Assembly: GCA_965224245.1 (NCBI GenBank)
Contig: OZ245046.1
Coordinates: 1,152,001-1,216,000, forward strand
Length of the DNA stretch: 64,000 nt
Source: Candidatus Eiseniibacteriota bacterium
Lineage (GTDB): Bacteria; Eisenbacteria; RBG-16-71-46; CAZAMP01
Direction of reading: 5' to 3'
Shown: positions 1 to 10,095 of the stretch, piece after piece
Numbering within the stretch: the stretch's first letter is position 1
Layout of the letters: every line of letters starts with the position of its first letter
Notes under the pieces: model-generated
Seen by the model: the letters and a program-made list of their open reading frames with translations, nothing else
Databases searched by the model: none
Told to the model about the DNA's origin: nothing
Translations under genes and position numbers: made by a program

Positions 1-110
1 TTGTCCCGTTCCCCGCGCAGATGAAACCGGCGGAGCGTCCGGACGAGGTCGTCGGGCACGCCGGGAGCGTTGCTGGGGCTGCGGTCGGACGTCGTGTTCT
101 CGGTCGGCAT
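1..110 (-). CDS. 5' end of a hypothetical protein running off the window (MPTENTTSDRSPSNAPGVPDDLVRTLRRFHLRGE...), probably the next gene of the korAB operon
   Basis: ATG at 110 preceded by GGAG, 37 nt after the korB stop; frame open to the window edge. Confidence 0.55.
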   Translation of the reverse strand, partial: MPTENTTSDRSPSNAPGVPDDLVRTLRRFHLRGERD

Positions 111-147
111 CGTCGTGTTCTCCACGCGGTCGTGTTGCGGCTCGCGC

Positions 148-1101
148 CTACACGGCGAAGCGCCCGAGCTCCTCGTGCAGCGCCGCCACCTTCTCCTTCA
201 CCGGCATCTCGAGCCCCATCGTCGTGAACGACTCGTAGCGCGGCCGGTCCGGATCGCGGTAGAACAGCCCGATGGGTACCACGTCGGTGCGATCGGCGAG
301 AGCGCGCGCGCCGGCCATGTCACGCGGATCGTGTTCGGTCTGCGTGGGAAGCGTCTTCTGGATCACCGGATCGAGCTGCACGCCGTCGGCGTGATTCAAC
401 ACGAGCAGCCGCGACGGATCCCGCTGGAGCTCGTCGAAGATCTGGGGCGTGTACGTCGGACAGCGCTGGAAGATCCGGACGAAGCTGAGCCCCCGATGCG
501 CGTGCGCGAGCTTCAGCGTGGCCTGAAGGTGGGCGGGGTTCCAGTCCACCGTCTGCGCGACGAACGACACGTTGGTGAAGCCGAGCGTCGACTGCGTCGG
601 ATTCAACGGCGGTAGCGGCGCACCCGACGGATGCGTGTTGCTCTTCCATCCCAGCGGCGACGTGGGCGACGTCTGGTTCTTGGTGAGGCCGTAGATCGCG
701 TTGTCGAACAGCATCACCACGATGTCCATGTTGTACCGGATGGCGTGGACCCAGTGTCCGGCGCCGATCGAGCAGCAGTCGCCGTCGCCGGTCGCCACCC
801 AGACGTCGAGATCGGGGCGCCGGGCCTTGATGCCACACGCGACGGGAAGTGGCCGTCCGTGCAGCCCGTGGAAGCCGTAGGTCTTCATGTAGTGCGGGAA
901 GCGACTCGAGCAGCCGATGCCCGAGACCGCCACCGTCTTCTCGGGTGTGAGCTGCTCGTCGCGACAGATCTTCTGAACCGCGGTCAGCACCGCGAGGTCG
1001 CCGCAGCCCGGACACCACCGGGCCGTGCCGCCCTCGTAGTCCTCCATCGTGAAGTAGCGGGGCGATACGTCTACTTCCCAATCGTCTTTCAGGCCGAACA
1101 C
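148..1101 (-). CDS. korB: 2-oxoacid:ferredoxin oxidoreductase beta subunit (TPP-binding)
   Basis: WCPGCGD, SGIGCSSR, HGLHGR and GDGD...DNAIYGLTKNQ motifs; GTG at 1101 after AAAGGAG, overlapping the alpha-subunit end. Substrate specificity not determined. Confidence 0.9.
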   Translation of the reverse strand: MFGLKDDWEVDVSPRYFTMEDYEGGTARWCPGCGDLAVLTAVQKICRDEQLTPEKTVAVSGIGCSSRFPHYMKTYGFHGLHGRPLPVACGIKARRPDLDVWVATGDGDCCSIGAGHWVHAIRYNMDIVVMLFDNAIYGLTKNQTSPTSPLGWKSNTHPSGAPLPPLNPTQSTLGFTNVSFVAQTVDWNPAHLQATLKLAHAHRGLSFVRIFQRCPTYTPQIFDELQRDPSRLLVLNHADGVQLDPVIQKTLPTQTEHDPRDMAGARALADRTDVVPIGLFYRDPDRPRYESFTTMGLEMPVKEKVAALHEELGRFAV

Positions 1102-2981
1102 GCGACTTCTCCTTTGCGCGAGCCGAGACGACGTGCGATCTCGTCGTAGATCTGACCGGGACGCAGCGGCTGACCGTGTACGTTCGACCACGAGTCGATG
1201 TCCACGAGCGTGCGGTTCCTGAGGAGCTTTGCGAGCTGTGCGTGCCGGCGCGCTTCGGGCGTCATGTGCGGGGCGTCCGGCGCGTCACTGTAGTTGATCT
1301 CCACCGTCAGCACCTGCTTGAAGCGTGAGAACATCTTGCCGAGCCCCTCGGGGAGCGGCGACACGAAGCGCAGGTGCGTGCTCGAGACGCGGTAGCCATC
1401 GGCCCGCGCCCGGTCGATCGCCTCGTCGATCGCGCCCAGCGTCGAGCCCCAGCCCACGACGAGGAGATCTCCCTCGGGGTCGCCGTGGATCTCGGGCAGG
1501 GTCAGGGTCCGGCGAAGCGCGGCGAGCTTCCGGCTCCGCATGTCGCAGCCGGTCTGGTTGGACTCGGGGTCGTAGGCCACCTTGCTCTGTCGCGTGTGGG
1601 CGAGTCCGGTCAACACGTATTCGCCACCGGCCTGTCCCGGGATCGGACGGGGGGACAGTCCGGTCTGGGGATCCCAGTCGTACGGCGGCGTGCCGGGCGT
1701 CCACGGCGACTGGTCGATCGGCGGGGCCATCCACTCCGATTTGAGCTCGGGACGCGGAAACGGTGCCACGCCGGTGGCGAGGTTCGCGTCGGTGAGGACC
1801 ACGACCGGTCCCCGGAACTCCTCGGCCAGGCGTCGGGCCAGGATCGCGAAGTGGAAGCACTCCTCGATCGTGGCCGCCGCGATCACGACCTTCGGCGCGT
1901 CACCGGGCTCACCGAAGATCGACGGCAAGAGCTCGCCCTGCTCGACCTTCGTGGGGAGACCGGTGGACGGCCCGCCCCGCTGGACGACGACGATCACGAG
2001 CGGGATCTCGGCCATGACCGCGAGCCCGACGAACTCCGTCTTCAGGGCCAGTCCCGGTCCCGAGGTGATCGTGCACGCGGTCTTGCCCGCGTAGGACGCG
2101 CCGATCGCGAAGCCGATCGCGGCGATCTCGTCCTCGGCCTGATGCACGACGCCGCCGACCTTGTGGAAGACGCCGGCCAGGTAGTGCGACGCCGACGTGG
2201 CGGGCGTGATCGGGTACATCGAGACCAGCTCGATCCCGGCCGCCATGATGCCGGCCGCCACGGCCTGGTTCCCGTTCATGACGATCATCTCGCGCTCGTG
2301 CGGCCACGGCGGGATCTCGTACGAGAAGGGGAGGTTCTCCCGCGCGAACTGAACGCCGTGCTCCAGGAGCTTCTCGTTTCGCGCGATGACCTCCTCGCCC
2401 TTGCGCGCGAAGAGGAAACGGATCTCCTCCTTGGCCTTCTGCACGTCCCGCTGGTAGAGCTGACAGAGCAGGCCCAGCACGAACATGTTCTTGCCGAGTC
2501 GAGGGTTCGTCGTGATCTCCTCGCAAGCCTTCTCCATCTCGAGCTCGTACACCACGAGCCCCTGCGCGCGGAACTCCTCGACCGCGGTCGTGTACTGGCT
2601 CCGGATCGACTCCTGGACGTCGTCCTTCCACTTGCTCTCGAGCAGAATGATCGTGCCGGGTCGGTAGGATCGCTGCTCGATCCGGCCGTACAACACCTGG
2701 TCGTTGAATGCGACCACGAGATCGGCCTCGTCGCCCATGTTGGTCACTTCGTCCGAGCCGATGCGGATCCGGATCCCACTGGCGCCGGCGCGCGAGCGCG
2801 AGGGCGGCTTGATCTCGGCCGGGATGATCTCCACGGTCCACACCCCGTTGCCCATCTTCGCGCACACGGCACCGAAGGACTGACCGGCCTTCTGCGCGCC
2901 CTCACCCGAGTCGCTGACGATCTCGACGATGTGTCCGTCCACCCGCTGGGGCACGCCCTCGCCGCTCATGTTCTCTCCCAT
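1089..2981 (-). CDS. korA: 2-oxoacid:acceptor oxidoreductase alpha subunit (gamma-alpha fusion)
   Basis: SDSGEG, MNGNQAVA, YPITPATS, QAEDEIAA, TSGPG, QRGGPSTGLPT and VGWGST motifs. Confidence 0.9.
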   Translation of the reverse strand: MGENMSGEGVPQRVDGHIVEIVSDSGEGAQKAGQSFGAVCAKMGNGVWTVEIIPAEIKPPSRSRAGASGIRIRIGSDEVTNMGDEADLVVAFNDQVLYGRIEQRSYRPGTIILLESKWKDDVQESIRSQYTTAVEEFRAQGLVVYELEMEKACEEITTNPRLGKNMFVLGLLCQLYQRDVQKAKEEIRFLFARKGEEVIARNEKLLEHGVQFARENLPFSYEIPPWPHEREMIVMNGNQAVAAGIMAAGIELVSMYPITPATSASHYLAGVFHKVGGVVHQAEDEIAAIGFAIGASYAGKTACTITSGPGLALKTEFVGLAVMAEIPLVIVVVQRGGPSTGLPTKVEQGELLPSIFGEPGDAPKVVIAAATIEECFHFAILARRLAEEFRGPVVVLTDANLATGVAPFPRPELKSEWMAPPIDQSPWTPGTPPYDWDPQTGLSPRPIPGQAGGEYVLTGLAHTRQSKVAYDPESNQTGCDMRSRKLAALRRTLTLPEIHGDPEGDLLVVGWGSTLGAIDEAIDRARADGYRVSSTHLRFVSPLPEGLGKMFSRFKQVLTVEINYSDAPDAPHMTPEARRHAQLAKLLRNRTLVDIDSWSNVHGQPLRPGQIYDEIARRLGSRKGEVACSA

Positions 2982-2982
2982 G

Positions 2983-3417
2983 TCAGGCGCCTCGCCCGAT
3001 GTCGGTCATGACCGAGTCGATGAACAGGTCGTTCTCGCGGCCCTCGTGCTCACGCAGTTCGGTCGCGAGCTCGGCGGCCCGCTGCTGGGCCTCGGGCCAG
3101 ATGTCCCGCCGTGCCGTGTCCACCAGCTCGGCCACGAGGTCGCGCAGGCGGGTGTGCTCGTTCAGCACCGCGTCCACGTGGGGGATGTGGTGCGGCGCGA
3201 TGTCCCGCACCGCCGAGTGGAGGCCGTCCTCGGCTTCCTCCGATGCAAAATGTTGTTCCAGAACGGTTTGAAGCTTCTCGGCGACCGGCAAGAGCGTCTC
3301 GCAGTCCGCGGCCTGCTCCATCGTCTCGAGGAGCCCGGCCAGCATGCGGTGCTCGGCGTCGATCCGGTCGCGGGCCTCGCTCTCGGGAGCGCCCGAAGGC
3401 TCATCGGCGTTGGACAC
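2983..3417 (-). CDS. Hemerythrin/HHE cation-binding domain protein
   Basis: AEH...HFASEE...EH...HEGREN His/Glu pattern; GTG after GGGAGG; stop 1 nt before the korA ATG. Confidence 0.8.
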   Translation of the reverse strand: MSNADEPSGAPESEARDRIDAEHRMLAGLLETMEQAADCETLLPVAEKLQTVLEQHFASEEAEDGLHSAVRDIAPHHIPHVDAVLNEHTRLRDLVAELVDTARRDIWPEAQQRAAELATELREHEGRENDLFIDSVMTDIGRGA

Positions 3418-3601
3418 GGGGTACCTCCCAGTTCGCTAAGTCGTAGCGGGACGGGCCTTTCGAGCCGTTCGAAAATACACGGTGTGACGCTATCAGGTGC
3501 TCCACCCGACGGGTATACGTTCCATCCGAAGCGGCCCTTCGGGTTTGCGAAGGCGCCCATCCGACGCGCTGGCCCGAAGTTGCGAGCACGGCGCCGAGCC
3601 G

Positions 3602-3621
3602 ATTGATGCCGATGCATCATT
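3602..3621. promoter_or_regulatory. Palindromic operator-like site ATTGATGC-CGAT-GCATCATT
   Basis: TGATGC-N4-GCATCA inverted repeat in a divergent intergenic region; same motif recurs at 21914-21933. Confidence 0.5.
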
Positions 3622-3701
3622 GCCTCGACTGCGCCCTTTTCGACACCGTCATCGTATCCAAATCCGGGACCCGATCCACGATCGAACGAGGGAGTCCGTC
3701 C

Positions 3702-4940
3702 GTGACCGCGACCTCCTTCCCGCCGGCGGAAGGCCGCGCCTGGATCGCCGGCTGCGCGGCCATCCGGCGGGGCATCCTGTTCGTGTACGCGGCGATGCTC
3801 GTGGTGGGCATCTCGGGCGTCACCGATGGCACGTATCCGCTGCCGCTGCTCACCGAGGCGCGCACGGCCGAGCTCGCCGCCGCACTCGACGCCGAGGGCC
3901 AGGCCCCGCTCGACTACGTCGTCCGAACGTTCGCCGATCACGATGCCGTGTTTCTGGGGGAGGTACACTGCATCGCCCACGTGGGACAGTTCGTTCAGGA
4001 CCTCCTGCCGCGGCTCCACGAAGCCGGCGTGAACGTGCTGGCGACGGAGCTCGCCCGGCGGGAGGACCAGCCGCTCGTGGACGAGCTTCTCGCCTCGCCG
4101 GTGTACGACGAGTCGCTCGCCCGGGAGATCGTGTTCCGCCAGTATCTGCACCACGGGCTTCGCGAGTACGTCGACGTGTTTCGCGCGGCCTGGGAGCTGA
4201 ACGCATCGCTCGCGCCCTCGGAGCCGCGCTTCCGCATCGTGGGCGTGAACGACTCCCCCGACTGGTCGATCGTGCGAACCCTCGCCGACCGCGACGACGC
4301 AGCCGTCGAGAGGGCCGTCTGGCGTGGACAGAGCGAGCGCGACTGGGCCGACGTCGTCCTGCGCGAGGTCGAGGCCGGTGAGAAGGTCCTCGTCTACTGC
4401 GGCATTCACCACGCGTTCACGGCCTACGTGATGCCCGTCGCGGACGCACGCACCGGCGAGTTCCGACCGCCGTTCCCCCGGCGCATGGGCAACTACGTGT
4501 ACGCCGAGATCGGCGAGCGCGCCTACACGATCGCGCTCCATGCGCCGTGGCTGGACCGTACGGGTCGCTCGCTGAGCGAGTACGCGGCCGGTGGCGTGAT
4601 CGACGCGCTCATGAGCACGCTCGGGCCGGGCGCGTATCCGATCGGCTTCGACACGCGCGGTACCCTCTTCGGCGACATCGGGGTGCCCGAGAGCTGCCTG
4701 TACGCGCAAGGGCGCGACGCGCTGACACTCGGTGACTGGTGCGACGGCTACGTCTTCCATCGCCCGCTACACCATTTCGAGGGGATGACGGTGATCCCCG
4801 ACTTCGTGACCGCGGCCAACGTCGAGCGTGCGCGCCGGATCACCTGGGACCCGCGTTTTCGCGACGCGACCCCCGCCGAGTTCCAGTGGTCCATCCTGGG
4901 CGAGGCCAGCGTCGAGTTCCGGCTCCGCGCGTTCCGCTGA
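3702..4940 (+). CDS. Exported ChaN/EreA (Tiki-like) family protein
   Basis: N-terminal hydrophobic segment; VFLGEVH, LATEL, FRIVGVN and YCGIHH motifs; GTG at 3702 after GGGAG. Confidence 0.55.
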   Translation: MTATSFPPAEGRAWIAGCAAIRRGILFVYAAMLVVGISGVTDGTYPLPLLTEARTAELAAALDAEGQAPLDYVVRTFADHDAVFLGEVHCIAHVGQFVQDLLPRLHEAGVNVLATELARREDQPLVDELLASPVYDESLAREIVFRQYLHHGLREYVDVFRAAWELNASLAPSEPRFRIVGVNDSPDWSIVRTLADRDDAAVERAVWRGQSERDWADVVLREVEAGEKVLVYCGIHHAFTAYVMPVADARTGEFRPPFPRRMGNYVYAEIGERAYTIALHAPWLDRTGRSLSEYAAGGVIDALMSTLGPGAYPIGFDTRGTLFGDIGVPESCLYAQGRDALTLGDWCDGYVFHRPLHHFEGMTVIPDFVTAANVERARRITWDPRFRDATPAEFQWSILGEASVEFRLRAFR

Positions 4941-5026
4941 CGCGTGCGCGGCCGCCCGGTTGCCGCCGCGGGAGCCAGCTGGTAAGTTGCCGACCTCTCC
5001 TCGTCGCTCCCAGGAGACCGCCAGGC

Positions 5027-6997
5027 ATGATCCCGTTTCCCGCCTCCGAGGGCGCACCACGAGACGGTGCCACGCGCGCCGGTCGCGTGACCGGCGTCGT
5101 CCGGCCCGATCTGGATGCCGGGCTGAAGATGCTCGGCTTCGACACGTTTCGACCCGGGCAGCGGGAGTCGATCGAGACCCTGCTGGACGTGGGGCGTTTG
5201 CTTCTCGTCGCGCCCACGGGCGGGGGGAAGAGCCTCATCTACCAGCTTCCGGCGGCCGTCCTGCCCGGCACCACCTTGGTCATCTCGCCCCTGATCTCGC
5301 TGATGAACGACCAGGTCAGCGCGCTGGCCGAGAGGGGCGTCCCGGCCACGTATCTCGCGTCCACGCTGTCGCCCGAGGAGATGCGTGCTCGCCTGTCCCG
5401 GACGGGGAACGGCGCATACAAGCTCGTCTACGTGGCGCCCGAACGTCTACGGCTCTCCAGCTTCCGGACGCTGGCGGCCGATCTCGACTGCCCGCTGGTC
5501 GCGGTCGACGAGGCGCACTGCATCAGCGAGTGGGGACATGACTTTCGCCGCGAGTACCTCGAGATCGGTGACTTCGTGGCCACGATGCCGTCGGCTCGGC
5601 TTCTGGCATGCACGGCCACGGCGACCCCGATCGTGCGTGACGAGATCCTCTCGCGTCTCGGCATGGAGGCCGACACCCCGCAGATCGTCCGGGGCTTCGC
5701 CCGACCGAACCTCGCGCTTCGGGTGGTGGAGACGCGCACGCGCCAGGAACGGCTGCGATGCGTGGACCGCGTCCTCGCCGAGGCGCTGGGAGCGCCGGGG
5801 GCCGGTCGCGGAACCGCCATCGTGTACGCGCCGACGCGCAAGGCCACCGAGGAAGAGGCGGCCCGCCTCACCGCATCCGGCTGGGCCTCGGCAGCCTACC
5901 ATGCCGGGATGTCCGGCCCCGTGCGCGAGTCGGTGCAGGACGACTTCCTCACGGGTGCGGTCGAGGTGACCGTGGCCACCAACGCGTTCGGCATGGGAAT
6001 CGATCGCGCCGACGTGCGCGCGGTCGTGCACCTCGCGCCGCCCGGCTCGATCGAGTCGTACTACCAGGAGGTGGGGCGTGCGGGCCGAGACGGGGACGAC
6101 GCCATCGGGCTGCTCGTGATCTCCCCGGGAGACCTGCCGCTCCGGCGACGCCTCATCGAAGGCGACGGTGCGAGCGGTGGCAACGGGCCGGACGTGATCG
6201 CGCACAAGTGGAATCTGTTCCTGGAGCTCATGCGCTGGGCCGAGGGGGGGAGCTGCCGGCACGATGCGATCCTCCGCTACTTCGGCGACGAGGCCGAGAC
6301 CCTGTCCGGATGCGGCCGGTGCGACGTCTGCCTGGATCTGAACGCGCCCGATGCACCCGGCGGGGAGGACGTCTCCATCGTGGTCCGGAAGGCGCTCAGC
6401 GCCGTCGCGCGCCTGCGCGGCCGCTTCGGGCTCACGATGGCGGTCAAGCTTCTCAGGGGCGTCTCGGACGATCGGCTCCGGCGCGCCGGGCTCGACCGGA
6501 CGAAGACGTTCGGCACGCTGGCCGATCGCAGCGACGACTGGCTCACGCGACTGCTGCGCCGCTGCGTCACCGCCGGCTGGGTCGACTTCGCGGGCGGCGA
6601 CCGGCCGGTGGTCATCCTCACCGAGGCCGGCCGTGCGACCGTGCTGGGCGATCACCCGGTGCGGCTGAAGCTGCCCTCCGAGCACGTCGGACGCGGGGTC
6701 ACCCGGGCGCGGGCGGCGGCCCGGCGCGCCGGATCGGCGGCCGAGTCCGAGGAGGCGCTCGACGAGCGGGCACAGCGCGTGTTCGACGCGCTTCGCGCGC
6801 ACCGGCTGGCGCTGGCCACGGCCGGAAACGTGCCGCCGTACGTGATCGCGTCCGATCGCGCGCTACGCGATCTCGCACGCCTTCGCCCTCGAACCCCCGA
6901 GGAGATGCTCGTCGCGCACGGGATCGGCCCCGCGAAGGTCGAGCGCTACGCAGAGGGCTTTCTTCAGGTGATCGAGCGCGCGTCGACCGACGCGTGA
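5027..6997 (+). CDS. recQ: RecQ family ATP-dependent DNA helicase (helicase core, Zn-binding, RQC, HRDC)
   Basis: APTGGGKS, DEAHCISEWGHDFR, ATNAFGMGID, YYQEVGRAGRDG, CR...CGRCDVC and C-terminal HRDC (VPPYVI...GIGPAKVERY); AGGAG before ATG 5027. Confidence 0.92.
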   Translation: MIPFPASEGAPRDGATRAGRVTGVVRPDLDAGLKMLGFDTFRPGQRESIETLLDVGRLLLVAPTGGGKSLIYQLPAAVLPGTTLVISPLISLMNDQVSALAERGVPATYLASTLSPEEMRARLSRTGNGAYKLVYVAPERLRLSSFRTLAADLDCPLVAVDEAHCISEWGHDFRREYLEIGDFVATMPSARLLACTATATPIVRDEILSRLGMEADTPQIVRGFARPNLALRVVETRTRQERLRCVDRVLAEALGAPGAGRGTAIVYAPTRKATEEEAARLTASGWASAAYHAGMSGPVRESVQDDFLTGAVEVTVATNAFGMGIDRADVRAVVHLAPPGSIESYYQEVGRAGRDGDDAIGLLVISPGDLPLRRRLIEGDGASGGNGPDVIAHKWNLFLELMRWAEGGSCRHDAILRYFGDEAETLSGCGRCDVCLDLNAPDAPGGEDVSIVVRKALSAVARLRGRFGLTMAVKLLRGVSDDRLRRAGLDRTKTFGTLADRSDDWLTRLLRRCVTAGWVDFAGGDRPVVILTEAGRATVLGDHPVRLKLPSEHVGRGVTRARAAARRAGSAAESEEALDERAQRVFDALRAHRLALATAGNVPPYVIASDRALRDLARLRPRTPEEMLVAHGIGPAKVERYAEGFLQVIERASTDA

Positions 6998-7028
6998 TCG
7001 CACGGGGTCGGTCGGTGGACGGGCACGA

Positions 7029-7484
7029 TCACCGGCCGCGGTCGTTCAGCCGGTCGGAGAGCGCGTCGATCGCCCGCTCGAGCGTCTCGCGCTCGGCGGC
7101 GCCCAGGGCCGACAGGAGACTCTCCTCGAAGGCCCGGGCCAGCGGTACGATCTCGCGGTAGACGCGATGTCCCTTGCGGGTCAGTGCCAGCTCCACGAGC
7201 CGTCGGTCGGCTCGATTGACCGTCTTCGCCACGAGCCCCAGTGCCTCGAGCCGGGACACGGCCCGGCTGATCTTGGCCTTGTCGAGATCGGCACGCTCGT
7301 GGATGTCCCGGACCGAGATCCTCGCCGAGGCGGCGAGGTGGGCGATGACCCGCCACTCCGAGGGCGAGAGCCCGGCGCGCTGGCCGTAAACGGCTGCAAG
7401 TCGGTTGCTTACGTCGGAGGCCAGGCGTGCGATCCGGTAGGGAAAGAACCGCTCCAGCTCCAGGGTCTCGGCGGGGTCGCTCAT
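7029..7484 (-). CDS. MarR family transcriptional regulator, divergent from hmgA
   Basis: LERFFPYRI, EWRVIAHL, DKAKISRAV and DRR winged-helix motifs. Confidence 0.9.
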   Translation of the reverse strand: MSDPAETLELERFFPYRIARLASDVSNRLAAVYGQRAGLSPSEWRVIAHLAASARISVRDIHERADLDKAKISRAVSRLEALGLVAKTVNRADRRLVELALTRKGHRVYREIVPLARAFEESLLSALGAAERETLERAIDALSDRLNDRGR

Positions 7485-7498
7485 GTTCCGCTCGACTT

Positions 7499-7521
7499 CG
7501 TTTCATGTGAAATGATATGGT
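7499..7521. promoter_or_regulatory. Probable MarR operator CGTTTCA-TG-TGAAATG overlapping an extended -10 (TGaTATGGT) for hmgA
   Basis: AT-rich inverted repeat in the ~105 bp marR/hmgA divergent spacer. Confidence 0.6.
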
Positions 7522-7590
7522 CCGCCGATAGGAAAGCACGGCGCCCCGGATCGGCGCAAGCGTTCTCGACTCCGAAGAGCGGAGGTGACG

Positions 7591-8907
7591 ATGGATCTCA
7601 GATACATGCCGGGCTTCGGTAACGACTTCGAGACCGAGGCGCTGGAAGGCGCCCTGCCCCAGGGACAGAACTCCCCGCAGCGCTGCGCGTACGGGCTCTA
7701 CGCCGAGCAGCTCTCGGGCTCACCGTTCACCGCGCCGCGCGGCACCAACGAGCGCTCGTGGCTCTATCGCATGCGGCCGTCGGTCCGGCACACCAATCGC
7801 TTCACGGCGATCGCACACGATCTCTGGAAGACCGCGCCGCACGTCCATCAGAGCTCGCTCCCGCTGGGGCAGCTCCGGTGGGATCCCGCGCCGGTCCCCG
7901 ACGAGCCGCTGACGTTCGTGACCGGCTTGCGCACGATGACGACCGCCGGCGACGTCAACACCCAGGCGGGCATGGCCGTCCACGTGATGAACGTCACGCG
8001 CTCGATGGTGGACGAGTACTTCTACGACGCCGACGGCGAGCTCCTCGTCGTGCCCGAGGTGGGACGGCTGGTGTTCTTCACCGAGCTGGGCAAGATGGAG
8101 GTGGCGCCGGGCGACATCTGTCTGATCCCGCGCGGCATGAAGTTCAAGGTCGAGCTCGTCGAGGGGCCGGCCCGTGGGTACGTGTGCGAGAACTACGGCG
8201 CGAAGTTCACGCTGCCCGATCGGGGTCCGATCGGCGCCAACTGCCTGGCCAACCCCCGCGACTTCAAGACCCCGGTCGCGGCTTACGAGGAGAAGGACGC
8301 CCCGTGCACGCTCACGGTCAAGTGGTGCGGAGGATTCCACGTGACCGAGATCGACTGGTCACCGCTCGACGTGGTGGCGTGGCACGGGAACTACGCGCCC
8401 TACAAGTACGACCTCCGGACCTACAGCCCGGTGGGCGCGATCCAGTTCGATCACCCCGATCCGTCGATCTTCACGGTGCTCACGGCGCCCAGCGAGACGG
8501 CCGGGACCGCCAACATCGACTTCGTGATCTTCCCCGAGCGCTGGCTCGTGGCCGAGCACACGTTCCGTCCGCCGTGGTACCACCTGAACATCATGTCGGA
8601 GTTCATGGGGCTCGTGCACGGCGTTTACGACGCGAAGCCCGAGGGGTTCGTGCCCGGCGGCATGAGCCTCCACAACTGCATGCTCCCGCACGGACCGGAC
8701 ACCGACGCGTTCTACGGGGCGTCGAATCAGGACCTCGGACCGCAGAAGCTCGCGAACACGCTCGCATTCATGTTCGAGACCCGGTTCCCGCAGCACCTGA
8801 CGCGGTACGCCGGCGAGCTGCCCACGCTGCAGGACGGCTACCTCGACTGCTGGAAGGGGCTCGAGAAGCACTTCGATCCCACCAAGCGCGAGTGGGACGG
8901 CCAGTAG
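7591..8907 (+). CDS. hmgA: Homogentisate 1,2-dioxygenase
   Basis: [49 protein letters not shown] and [17 protein letters not shown] before ATG 7591. Confidence 0.97.
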   Translation: MDLRYMPGFGNDFETEALEGALPQGQNSPQRCAYGLYAEQLSGSPFTAPRGTNERSWLYRMRPSVRHTNRFTAIAHDLWKTAPHVHQSSLPLGQLRWDPAPVPDEPLTFVTGLRTMTTAGDVNTQAGMAVHVMNVTRSMVDEYFYDADGELLVVPEVGRLVFFTELGKMEVAPGDICLIPRGMKFKVELVEGPARGYVCENYGAKFTLPDRGPIGANCLANPRDFKTPVAAYEEKDAPCTLTVKWCGGFHVTEIDWSPLDVVAWHGNYAPYKYDLRTYSPVGAIQFDHPDPSIFTVLTAPSETAGTANIDFVIFPERWLVAEHTFRPPWYHLNIMSEFMGLVHGVYDAKPEGFVPGGMSLHNCMLPHGPDTDAFYGASNQDLGPQKLANTLAFMFETRFPQHLTRYAGELPTLQDGYLDCWKGLEKHFDPTKREWDGQ

Positions 8908-8929
8908 GCGGCCGGCCCGACACCGCTCG

Positions 8930-8965
8930 CCGCCGCCCGCCGAGCCGGAAGGCTCGGCGCGGCGG
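8930..8965. terminator. GC-rich hairpin between convergent hmgA and STAS genes
   Basis: CGCCGAGCC-GGAA-GGCTCGGCG stem with GNRA loop, extended by CCGCCG/CGGCGG; no U-tract. Confidence 0.6.
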
Positions 8966-9355
8966 TCACGCGTAGTCGATGCTCCCGGATGCGTCGCCCA
9001 GCTTCCCCATGAGGGCGTCCTCGGTGTCCGCGCAGTCGATCACGCCCAGGAGCCCGACCACCTGGAGCACCGCCATCGCGCGGTGCTGGACGGCGGCCAG
9101 ACAGAGCCGTCCCCCGGCGTTGGTCACCGTCGTGTAGCACGCCGCCAGCACGCCGACGCCGCCGCTGTTGATGTGATCGATGTTCTCCAGGTTGAAGATG
9201 ACGCCCTTGATGGGCTTCAGTGCGCTGATCTCCTCGCGGAAGTCCTTCAGAAACCGATACGCGTCGCGGGAGTCGGTCAGATTTCCGCTCAGCCGGTAGA
9301 TCGGAACGCCGCTCTGCTCGTTCCGCTCGACGGTGAGATGTGTCCAGGACGTCAT
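8966..9355 (-). CDS. STAS domain protein (anti-sigma factor antagonist)
   Basis: RLSGNL...VIFNLENIDHINSGGVGVL...GGRLCL...VLQVVGL pattern; GGAG upstream; TACAAT at 9426-9431. Confidence 0.85.
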   Translation of the reverse strand: MTSWTHLTVERNEQSGVPIYRLSGNLTDSRDAYRFLKDFREEISALKPIKGVIFNLENIDHINSGGVGVLAACYTTVTNAGGRLCLAAVQHRAMAVLQVVGLLGVIDCADTEDALMGKLGDASGSIDYA

Positions 9356-9516
9356 CGTGAACTCCGATCAGGCTCCAAGGAGGGGCGAGCCGTGGCGACC
9401 GGCTCCGCCGAGTCCGTGCCGGTCCATTGTAGCGCGAATCCGATGCGATGCGCGGCGACTCTGGCAGACCTCGGCCGGATTTGCCGGGTCGACGCGGATC
9501 CGGTGTCGCGTCCCCG

Positions 9517-10095
9517 TCACCCCTCCGCGCCGTCGCCGGCGAGCTCGGCCCGCAGCCACATCGCCGCCACCCGCCAGTCGTCGGCGACCGTCTTGCGCGA
9601 GACGCCGAGCTCGGCGCCGATCTCGGCCCCCGTGAGTCCGCCGAACACGCGGAGCTCCACGACGCGCGCCATCCGCGCGTGGCGCGCCGCGAGCTTGGAG
9701 AGCGCGTCCTCCAGCTCCACGGTGTCCAGGTCGCGGCCGGGCGATGCCAGCGCGTCTTCCTCGATCAGCACGCGCTGGCGGGACCCGCCGCGCTTCTCGG
9801 CGCCGTGCTTGCGGGCGTGATCGATCAGGACCTGACGCATCGCGCGGGCGGCGATCGCGAAGAAGTGGGCGCGATCGTTCCACTGAATCTCCGTCGGATC
9901 GATCAGCCGCAGGTAGGCCTCGTTCAGCAGCGCGGTGGGCTGGAGCGTGTGGTCCTCGCGTTCGCCGCGGATCCGGTTGGCCGCGATTGCGCGGAGCGCG
10001 TCGTAGCTGGCCGCGAACACGCGATCGGCATCGTCCCGCGAGAGGTGCTCGCCGTTCGAGGACGCGAGTATCCGCGTGATGTCGGCGTCGGCCAT
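9517..10095 (-). CDS. ECF sigma factor, ECF43/TIGR02999 type
   Basis: ITRIL, HTLQPTALLNEAYLRL, WNDRAHFFAIAARAMRQVLIDHAR, KRGG, VELRVFGGL and DWRVAAMWL; GGAGG before ATG 10095. Confidence 0.92.
   Translation of the reverse strand: MADADITRILASSNGEHLSRDDADRVFAASYDALRAIAANRIRGEREDHTLQPTALLNEAYLRLIDPTEIQWNDRAHFFAIAARAMRQVLIDHARKHGAEKRGGSRQRVLIEEDALASPGRDLDTVELEDALSKLAARHARMARVVELRVFGGLTGAEIGAELGVSRKTVADDWRVAAMWLRAELAGDGAEG

Noticed and set aside
1374-3011. 545-aa plus-strand ORF (and similar long ORFs at 12969-14813, 19084-21915, 46180-49311 and 60939-63503)
   Set aside because: Antisense shadows of well-supported genes, expected from GC-biased codon usage; no recognisable motifs
3570-3583. TGGCCCGAAGTTGC as a sigma54 promoter
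   Set aside because: Only 9 nt between GG and GC; 10 are required
5027-6997. RecQ as part of an anti-phage defence system
   Set aside because: Canonical housekeeping domain order with RQC and HRDC; no defence-type neighbours
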